Shown here piece by piece: positions 8,541 through 15,388 of a stretch of DNA of 16,686 nucleotides (position 1 is its first letter; each line of letters begins with the position of its first letter). Source of the stretch: an uncultured delta proteobacterium. Its GTDB lineage: Bacteria; Desulfobacterota; Desulfobacteria; Desulfobacterales; JAHEIW01. Location of the stretch: the NCBI GenBank assembly GCA_963706575.1, contig CAVPNL010000024.1, positions 1-16,686 of the forward strand, read 5' to 3'. The notes below the pieces were generated by a model that was given only the letters and a program-made list of their open reading frames with translations, did not search any database and was not told the DNA's origin. Position numbers and translations under genes: made by a program.

Positions 8541-9989
8541 CTATTTCTTCTTTTTCGATACTAATGCTTCCTGCAGTTTTTCTCCCAAAGCGCCCAGCGA
8601 CGATTGATCCTCCTTGGCGAACTGCTGCCAATCCTGTTCATCGCCGGATGTCCCCGGTGCCAGCGTCATTTTCCGTTCTTTGGCTGAAATCTCTGTGATG
8701 ACCACCGGAATAGCATTGCCGTCTTTAAGCTTTTCGATGACGGCGGATTGAGATGACTGACTGATTTTTGATTTTGGGAGCAGACCGGTGACGCCGGGTG
8801 AAAGGGTGATAAAATAGCCGAATTTTTCCTTCTTTTCGATAACGCCTTCGACCCTCTGGCCGACCGAATATTTTTGAGGCACCTCGCTCCAGGGGTCTCC
8901 TTCGGCATCGCGGATACTCAACGAAATCCTCCGGTTTGCGAGATCCAGATCCTTTACCAGAACGAAAACACTTTCGCCGGGGCTTACGATTTCTTGCGGT
9001 TTCAGGATTCGTTTTTGATAACTCATTTCACTGATATGGACCAATCCTTCAATTCCATCCGCGATTTCCACAAAGGCACCGAATTTGGCACAGCGCGTGA
9101 CTCTACCTTTGACTCTATCACCGGTTTTAAAGTGATCATCTACATTCAGCCACGGATCATCGGTCACTTGCTTGATGGAAAGCGAAATTTTAAGGTTATC
9201 TGAGGCGTTGGGCGTCTCGATATCAATTACTTTGACCCGCACCGGGTCACCCATGGAACCAAAAGTTTGCGGATCCTCTACCCTCGACCAGCTCAGTTCG
9301 GATACATGTACCAAACCGTCCACTCCGGGGTGTAATTCAACAAAAAGGCCGTATGGCATCAGCTTTGTGATACGCCCATTCAGCACGTCGCCGTTCTGCA
9401 ATCCGGCACAGAATTGCTTTTTAGACTTTTCCAGCTCCTTACTCAACAAGGCTCGCCGTGAGATGACAATGTTTTTATCGCGCGCGTCAACCTGGTTGAT
9501 TAGAAACGGATGCGTTTGGCCCACATAGTCCTCGAGATTTTCAACAAAATTTATATCAATCTGACTTGCCGGGCAAAACGCCTTTCTGCCCATAACCTCA
9601 ACACGCAGTCCGCCCTTGCATGTTTCCAAAATCCTGCCTTCCACCGGGACTGTGTTTTCATAAGCCTCCTTAAGCAGATCAAAACTGCCCGGGCCTGAAA
9701 AGGCCTTTGAAAGTTTGATTTCATCTTCACTAAGCCCGACGACATATAATTCGACCGTATCGCCCTCTTTGTGCGGCAGCTGTTTGTCTTTATCCAGCAT
9801 TTCGGCTGTTTCAACGATGCCGTCAATCTTGTTGCCAATGTCAACAAAGATATTGTCTTTGCTGATCGAAATAATTTTTCCCTGAATCTTGTCGCCAACC
9901 TGCATATCTGTCTTTTCAGTGGGACTGTAGGCATCTAGCAGAGTGGCAAATGCTGCTTCAGGAGTTGCATTTTTATCATCATCTGTCAT
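8541..9989 (-). CDS. rpsA: 30S ribosomal protein S1-like protein with five S1 domains
   Basis: Repeated S1 motifs: QVGDKIQGKI, VPVEGRILE..KGGLRV..AFCPASQID, GDVLNGRITKLMPYGLFVEL..GVDGLVHVSELSW, GDRVKGRVTRCAKFGAFVEI..GIEGLVHISEMS, GQRVEGVIEKKEKFGYFITL. C-terminal SLGALGEKLQEAL. AAGGAG RBS. May be a second paralog rather than the main rpsA. Confidence 0.85.
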   Translation of the reverse strand: MTDDDKNATPEAAFATLLDAYSPTEKTDMQVGDKIQGKIISISKDNIFVDIGNKIDGIVETAEMLDKDKQLPHKEGDTVELYVVGLSEDEIKLSKAFSGPGSFDLLKEAYENTVPVEGRILETCKGGLRVEVMGRKAFCPASQIDINFVENLEDYVGQTHPFLINQVDARDKNIVISRRALLSKELEKSKKQFCAGLQNGDVLNGRITKLMPYGLFVELHPGVDGLVHVSELSWSRVEDPQTFGSMGDPVRVKVIDIETPNASDNLKISLSIKQVTDDPWLNVDDHFKTGDRVKGRVTRCAKFGAFVEIADGIEGLVHISEMSYQKRILKPQEIVSPGESVFVLVKDLDLANRRISLSIRDAEGDPWSEVPQKYSVGQRVEGVIEKKEKFGYFITLSPGVTGLLPKSKISQSSQSAVIEKLKDGNAIPVVITEISAKERKMTLAPGTSGDEQDWQQFAKEDQSSLGALGEKLQEALVSKKKK

Positions 9990-10051
9990 TATTTGGCTCC
10001 TTGTGGAAAATGGAAAATTGTGTCCACCATTCCCGTGGCAGATACTTTCGC

Positions 10052-10123
10052 AGAAGCGGTTTCAATCCGCCTCCGGCGGACTAAGGCCCTTGAACATGAC
10101 CTGAGGTTTTGAAACCACTTCTA
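10052..10123. mobile_element. Miniature inverted-repeat (MITE-like) element with a nested REP-like hairpin
   Basis: agaagcggtttcaa (10052-10065) versus ttgaaaccacttct (10109-10122) is a 13/14 inverted match. An internal perfect hairpin tccgcc-tcc-ggcgga lies at 10066-10080. Confidence 0.6.
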
Positions 10124-10186
10124 ATCTAACAACTGAGTGCTTCAGTCGCAAGGATATTATGCGACCCGGTTTTTTGATTTGTGCTG

Positions 10187-10215
10187 TTGACTTTTTTAGC
10201 ATTTATACTCAGAAT
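10187..10215 (+). promoter_or_regulatory. Putative sigma70 promoter for the methyltransferase gene
   Basis: TTGACT (10187-10192), 17-nt spacer, CAGAAT (10210-10215). Confidence 0.45.
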
Positions 10216-10491
10216 AGCATCCCCGTGAAACTGGTTAACGCATAACCCATAATTTGATTCATTTTACCAGGAACTTATCTCAAAAATAGGATTTTGGTTC
10301 AAGATCGCGGCGGGGCCGAGTTTTCCAGCGTTACTGGATTCCCCGTCTGATCTTACACTCTTTGTGGGTCGCAAACCGCAGGCATACTGTTGTATGTCGA
10401 GGATTTGAAACGAGGCACCAACAAAGATATTGGGCCAAAAGACATTTTTGAGATGAGTTCTGATAGAATTTCAAACCAAGGGACTTTAATT

Positions 10492-11307
10492 ATGAGTCAG
10501 CAAGGGCAAAAGTATTTGATGGAGAGCGATGAAGAATCTGTCCGACTTGATCTGAAAACGGATACTGATGCGGTTGAAAAACAGGCGCTCTGGGCCGGGA
10601 TTGAGCCGGGCATGCGCATTGCTGATTTAGGTTGTGGCGCTGGAAAAACCACTTTTGTACTGAACAAACTTGTTGGGCCGGCTGGATCCGCCGTCGGGAT
10701 CGATATGTCTCAGCAGCGGCTTGATTATGCTGAAAGCCATTATAGTCACGCGGGAATTGAATATATGTGTAAAGATATCCGTGAACCGTTAAATGATCTT
10801 GGAATGTTCGACTTTATATGGGTGCGGTTTGTTCTCGAATACTATCGTCGTGAGAGTTTTGATATTGTAAAAAATATTTCAAAGATCCTCAAACCCGGCG
10901 GAATTTTATGTCTGATTGATCTGGATTGTAACTGCCTGCGTCATTTCGGTCTCTCTGAGCGGCTCGAAAAGTATCTAATCGAAATTATGAAAATTATGGA
11001 AAATAAGTATAATTTCGATCCTTACGCCGGAATAAAGCTTTACTCCTTTCTTTATGATTTGGACTATGCGGACATCGAGGTCAATGTTACCCCGCATACC
11101 CTGATTTACGGAGAATTAAAAGAGACGGATAATTTCAACTGGACCAAGAAAGTGGAAATGGCGGCAAAGGCTTCTGGATGCCGGTTCCAAGATTACGAAG
11201 ACGGGTACGAAGGCTTTTTCAAAGAGTTTACGGATTTTTTTTCGGATTTCAGAAGATTTACCTATACACCGTTAATTTCCTGCCGGGGGCTCAAATCCTT
11301 GCCATGA
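10492..11307 (+). CDS. Class I SAM-dependent methyltransferase
   Basis: IADLGCGAGKT motif I, VGIDMS motif II, FDFIWVRFVLEY, ILKPGGILCLID. ATG at 10492 is preferred (AAGGGA upstream) over the track start at 10390. Confidence 0.85.
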   Translation: MSQQGQKYLMESDEESVRLDLKTDTDAVEKQALWAGIEPGMRIADLGCGAGKTTFVLNKLVGPAGSAVGIDMSQQRLDYAESHYSHAGIEYMCKDIREPLNDLGMFDFIWVRFVLEYYRRESFDIVKNISKILKPGGILCLIDLDCNCLRHFGLSERLEKYLIEIMKIMENKYNFDPYAGIKLYSFLYDLDYADIEVNVTPHTLIYGELKETDNFNWTKKVEMAAKASGCRFQDYEDGYEGFFKEFTDFFSDFRRFTYTPLISCRGLKSLP

Positions 11308-11311
11308 ACAT

Positions 11312-13462
11312 CTAAATAAATCGTAGCAGCCTGTTAAGATACCTGAAGTACTCATCCGAACTTTTCACGCGGCATACCCACAGGTTATAAAGCTTCTCAT
11401 AGACAATGCCTTGCTCATCAGCATAGGACGCGGGATAAAGAAGAATGGCCATTTCTTTTTGTTGAAATTTTTGGCATAAAAAAGAAGATATTGTATTGAT
11501 TACGTCGGACGTCAGTCCCTTTGGATCTAGCGCGAACACCTTGATGCAATTCGTCAAATCAGAAAGATTTAAACCCACATCGGATATTACGGCCGTAATG
11601 ATGGCTTTTAAGTTGCCATTTTCTTTCAAAGAATAAAAATGCCTTTCCCGTGTAAGGCCCATCCGGTGATATTGCGCGCCAAGACTATCGCGGCCAAATT
11701 TATCCGCTTTCATATCTAGGGCTTCTAACATAAGGCCTCCGGAACGGTCGTCATAGAAATCTTCGAGTTCTTGAAAGTCTTCAGGTCGTGTAACAGAAAA
11801 CGTCCAACCCTTCGGCAAGGCCGGCATATGTCTGGATGTATTCTGATAATGATAATATGCGAACCGATCAATTGAACACTCTTTTGGATTATTTATACTT
11901 TTGGCGGCGCCTCCAAAAATCCGGCTCGGAAATTTGTTATTCGGCCGGTAATAGCAGATCACATAATCCATATGGAGCGAATAAAGGCGGTTGGAGTCAT
12001 TGAGCATACGTCCGATCTGATCGAGTACCACCAGTCCGGCTTTATTGTGCGAAGATTTTCTGGAGGCATGATGTTGAATCAGCCACGTGCTTTCGTAAAA
12101 ACGAATCATAGCCATGTGGCCTAGAATGCGACCTTTGTCCTGATATATGAAATGTCTGGCAATGTGAGGATTGTTGCTGTACAGTCTTTCATAGGTTTTT
12201 TTTATTTTGTCTTTGTTTTTTTGAATAAATGCGTATTTGTCAGGGTAGATAAATCCGGTATCAAAGAAGAAATCCCATAGTTCATCTAGATTGACGTTGC
12301 TGCAAATATAAGAGTTTTTATCTTTGGCCTGATCCAGTAACGCAACCAGCTCGACATGATCCTGAATATCCATATCCAGCAGCGCCAGGCCGCATTTTAT
12401 CCTTCTACCGCCTGTATCGGCATTCCCAACTTTTTGATAGACGACCTGAGCACGGCATTGGAAACGAAAACTGTTGGCAAAGCTCAGTTCGAGTTTCGGT
12501 AGGATCAAACCCGGTAAAAGCACGGCGTTGTGTTCATCTTCTTCCACTGAAAATCCGGAACCGGACAAATCGATAGCTTTAAGATCAAATATCTTTTTGG
12601 TAAATGGGTGTCGGAAGATAATGTTCGGTGAGGGCGTTAATTCATATCGATGGCTGCGAAACTCTTTATGTTTGAACCGCTGGATCTCGCGCCTGAGTGG
12701 TTTCAAAATATAGGTGCCGGTATTCTGAGCGGTTGTTTGCCGAATAATTTTACATTCACCGGTGTAATACGTTTCCGTTGCGTCAGATAATATAAGACTT
12801 GCCGGGGATTCCGGATTTATCCACTCAAAGGTCTGAGGAGGCGCGGTCTTAAGCTCGATTTTAAATGAACCGGCATTAAAATCCAGCAGGGCACCGGAGA
12901 AAAGTGAGCTGCTTTGAATCAGCTGCGCCGTTATATTTGTACAAAGGTGCCGCATCGCCTTTCTGGAGCTAATTTCATAACCATTGTGCGGCAGAAGAAG
13001 GCTGATGGTTTCTTTATCCATCCGGATGACTTCAGGCTCCACCATTATCAGTTTTTGGCCGTCCGGAATCAAAATATTTTTAAATTCGTAAAATTTTAGC
13101 ACTTGCAGTATGTCTTCTTCTTCGGGCCATAAACAATCCAGTAAATCTCCAAGGCACGGTTGTGGCCTGGCGAATAATGTAAGCGTTTTGCGATAAGTAC
13201 GGTGTTTAAGATTAATAAGGAGGGTGTCGTCCTGGAAATTGATGTAGTTAATTTTGTTGACGAGATGGTCTTTATCGACCGGTTTTCCCTCTTCCTGGTC
13301 CCTGTCCTGCTCCTTTCTTTGAGTTACCTCATAGATGTCCATCTTTTCTTCTTTGAGAACTTGGGTGTTGACATCTAATTGAGGTGCGGAGCTTGTATTT
13401 TGCGATTCGCTGGTTTCGGTGCCTGGTGCGATGAGCTTCAGGTTTTTTTTCGCGGTTTCCAT
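11312..13462 (-). CDS. Large tandem PilZ-domain protein with an uncharacterised (possibly GNAT-like) C-terminal region
   Basis: RKAMR...LLDFNAGSF (degenerate PilZ) and RSHR...AIDLSGSGF (DxSxxG), each followed by beta-barrel-type sequence (CRAQVVYQ..CGLALLDM). Start at 13462 is preferred (GAGG upstream); the track start is 13516. Confidence 0.65.
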   Translation of the reverse strand: METAKKNLKLIAPGTETSESQNTSSAPQLDVNTQVLKEEKMDIYEVTQRKEQDRDQEEGKPVDKDHLVNKINYINFQDDTLLINLKHRTYRKTLTLFARPQPCLGDLLDCLWPEEEDILQVLKFYEFKNILIPDGQKLIMVEPEVIRMDKETISLLLPHNGYEISSRKAMRHLCTNITAQLIQSSSLFSGALLDFNAGSFKIELKTAPPQTFEWINPESPASLILSDATETYYTGECKIIRQTTAQNTGTYILKPLRREIQRFKHKEFRSHRYELTPSPNIIFRHPFTKKIFDLKAIDLSGSGFSVEEDEHNAVLLPGLILPKLELSFANSFRFQCRAQVVYQKVGNADTGGRRIKCGLALLDMDIQDHVELVALLDQAKDKNSYICSNVNLDELWDFFFDTGFIYPDKYAFIQKNKDKIKKTYERLYSNNPHIARHFIYQDKGRILGHMAMIRFYESTWLIQHHASRKSSHNKAGLVVLDQIGRMLNDSNRLYSLHMDYVICYYRPNNKFPSRIFGGAAKSINNPKECSIDRFAYYHYQNTSRHMPALPKGWTFSVTRPEDFQELEDFYDDRSGGLMLEALDMKADKFGRDSLGAQYHRMGLTRERHFYSLKENGNLKAIITAVISDVGLNLSDLTNCIKVFALDPKGLTSDVINTISSFLCQKFQQKEMAILLYPASYADEQGIVYEKLYNLWVCRVKSSDEYFRYLNRLLRFI

Positions 13463-13843
13463 TTTTCCGCCTCGTCTGCTAAACGAATTCGCAATAGAAG
13501 CACCGTGAGGTCCCATTTATCCAGCATTTTCAGCTATGGAAAAATTTAACGGGTGCAGGCCATTGGTCAGTTAAGGGTTTATGTAGTTATTACACCGCGA
13601 CGGTCTAAGTATAAAATCTTTTTGAGCGTTAACATATAAAAATAGTGCATACAACAAGTATTTTTGAAAAATAATAATTATTTTTTTGAATTTCATTTAG
13701 TTATTGGTGATTGACTTTGATAAATAATGTTAACTATAGCCGGAAAAATAAGATTGTAAAGCATAAAATGAATACTATATGCAGTCATTTTTGAGAGCTA
13801 CCAGATATTGTGCTTTTTTCATTGAGTCAGTCAAAATATAGAC

Positions 13844-13891
13844 CGATTTTTGATCCGGGCGGTTGCGATTTTTGATCCGAAGTTTTATATT
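13844..13891 (+). promoter_or_regulatory. Putative htpX promoter with tandem 14-bp direct repeats
   Basis: TTGCGA (13863-13868), 17-nt spacer, TATATT (13886-13891). cgatttttgatccg occurs at 13844-13857 and 13866-13879. Confidence 0.5.
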
Positions 13892-13938
13892 TTACCAGCA
13901 GCCAAAAGTTACCTAGAACGTGAAAGGAACCAATTGTT

Positions 13939-14865
13939 ATGGGCAATCAGATAAGGACCACAATCCTGCTGGCCGTGATGACGGCGTTGATTTTGTGGAT
14001 TGGCCAGCTATTCGGCGGTCGACAGGGTATGATTATTGCGCTTTTGCTTGCCGCCGGCATGAATTTTTTCAGTTACTGGTATTCGGACAAAATCGTATTA
14101 AAAATGTATCATGCCCAGGAAGTCAGCCTGCAGGAAGCCCCGGAGCTTTATGAATTGGTCCAAACGCTTTCGCGCAATGCCGGTCTTCCGATGCCGAAGT
14201 TATACATAATTCCCAAAGAAGCGCCGAACGCTTTTGCCACCGGCCGCAGCCCGGAACATGCCGTGGTGGCGGTTACCCGGGGGTTGCTTAATATAATGGA
14301 TCGTGATGAGGTGACCGGCGTGCTGGCCCACGAAATGGCCCATGTGAAAAACCGCGATATTTTAATCGGCAGCATAGCGGCAACTATGGCCGGGGCCATA
14401 ATGGTCCTGGCGAGCATGGCGCGCTGGACGGCCATATTCGGCGGCGGTGGCAGCAATGACGACGAAGGCGGAGGTGGCGCTATTGGTCTGATCGCGATGT
14501 CACTTTTGGCGCCATTTGCGGCCATGATTATTCAGATGGCCATATCCCGTTCGCGAGAATATTTAGCGGATTCGACCGGTGCAGGTTTTGCGGGAACACC
14601 GGAAGGATTGGCCCGTGCGCTTGATAAACTTGGTCGCTATTCTAAAAAGCTGCCGTTGAATGCCAATCCGTCGACGGCACATATGTTTATCGTGAATCCG
14701 TTGTCGGGCAGAAGTTTAATGAGTTTATTTTCAACCCATCCACCGCTGGGAGAGCGCATTGCGCGTCTAAGGGGGAATTCCAAGCCATCAAGTCCGGTTT
14801 CTACATCTGGTGAGGACTCCCGGGAGGCCAGGGCCAGGGCTATGTGGGATCGGCTTTCAGAGTAA
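13939..14865 (+). CDS. htpX: Zinc metalloprotease HtpX (M48)
   Basis: SYWYSDKIVL, PNAFATGR, GVLAHEMAHVKNRD (HExxH), AISRSREYLAD, LFSTHPP. AAGGA RBS. Confidence 0.95.
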   Translation: MGNQIRTTILLAVMTALILWIGQLFGGRQGMIIALLLAAGMNFFSYWYSDKIVLKMYHAQEVSLQEAPELYELVQTLSRNAGLPMPKLYIIPKEAPNAFATGRSPEHAVVAVTRGLLNIMDRDEVTGVLAHEMAHVKNRDILIGSIAATMAGAIMVLASMARWTAIFGGGGSNDDEGGGGAIGLIAMSLLAPFAAMIIQMAISRSREYLADSTGAGFAGTPEGLARALDKLGRYSKKLPLNANPSTAHMFIVNPLSGRSLMSLFSTHPPLGERIARLRGNSKPSSPVSTSGEDSREARARAMWDRLSE

Positions 14866-14891
14866 TAACTGAAGGGCTTGCATTTAGATTT

Positions 14892-14918
14892 CACCGCAGA
14901 GACGCAGAGGGCGCAGAG
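14892..14918 (+). repeat. Short tandem CGCAGAG repeat arm (REP-like)
   Basis: caccgcagagacgcagagggcgcagag contains three CGCAGAG units. No partner arm is visible. Confidence 0.5.
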
Positions 14919-14928
14919 ATTTTTTCTA

Positions 14929-14959
14929 GTTCTGAATTCCTGAGAGGGGAAATCAGAAC
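14929..14959. terminator. Hairpin between convergent htpX and hgcB (possible terminator)
   Basis: gttctgaattcc / ggaaatcagaac form 12-bp arms with 1 mismatch and a 7-nt loop. The U-tract is weak. Confidence 0.4.
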
Positions 14960-14999
14960 AAACAACCTGAATGCGGCGGCAAATAAAACTTCAACGGTA

Positions 15000-15281
15000 T
15001 TACGTACCGCAGCAGGCGGCGGCGTTCTTGCCTTTGATCCAGGTTTGAATTATATAGGCGGCACACCCGACCCCAGGGGTCACGGCGATCGCTTCAGTGG
15101 GGCAGTTTTGGGCACAGGCACCGCACTCCATGCACCCGTCTAAATCATGAATCCGGGCTTTTTGGCTGTGGAGTGAAAAAACCCCGTGGGGGCATACGAT
15201 TTCACACATGCCGCAACCCACACAGGCCTCATCGTCCAGCCTTAACGTTGTCACACCCGGAAGGTATCTGAAATTTTCCAT
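15000..15281 (-). CDS. hgcB: Mercury methylation ferredoxin HgcB
   Basis: RYLPGVTTL N-terminus, CVGCGMCEIVCPHGVF, CMECGACAQNCP, VTPGVGCA, C-terminal CC. Lies directly downstream of hgcA. ATG at 15281 is preferred; the track start is 15290. Confidence 0.96.
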   Translation of the reverse strand: MENFRYLPGVTTLRLDDEACVGCGMCEIVCPHGVFSLHSQKARIHDLDGCMECGACAQNCPTEAIAVTPGVGCAAYIIQTWIKGKNAAACCGT

Positions 15282-15306
15282 AGGGTGCAATCCTATTTTT
15301 GGTTAT

Positions 15307-15378
15307 CGAGGACGAGAACGAGGACGAGTAGGATTTAAGATTATATCTGCATCGTCCTCGTCGTCGTTCTCGTCCTCG
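15307..15378. repeat. 72-bp palindromic element of GAGGAC-like hexamers in the hgcA-hgcB spacer
   Basis: 28-nt arms 15307-15334 and 15351-15378 are reverse complements with 3 mismatches; 16-nt loop. Confidence 0.85.
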
Positions 15379-15388
15379 GCGGTGATAT

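Noticed and set aside
929..9934. Numerous short plus-strand and nested ORFs in the track (e.g. 1986-2606, 3170-3571, 6163-6585, 9172-9528)
   Set aside because: They are antisense or out-of-frame shadows of well-supported genes, with no recognisable motifs.
10360..10427. c-di-GMP-I (GEMM) riboswitch, suggested by GGGTCGCAAA and the nearby PilZ gene
   Set aside because: The upstream GGCAAA..GAAA-tetraloop stem required by the consensus is absent; kept only as an unclassified structured leader.
10492..11307. Methyltransferase as an ArsM or hgc-associated enzyme
   Set aside because: It is separated from hgcAB by the PilZ gene and htpX, and I cannot recognise the ArsM-specific cysteine pattern; only generic class I motifs are supported.
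2741..15378. CRISPR array or integron attC interpretation of the intergenic repeats
   Set aside because: The repeats are isolated palindromes of different families, with no repeat-spacer periodicity, no cas or integrase gene, and housekeeping-type flanking genes.
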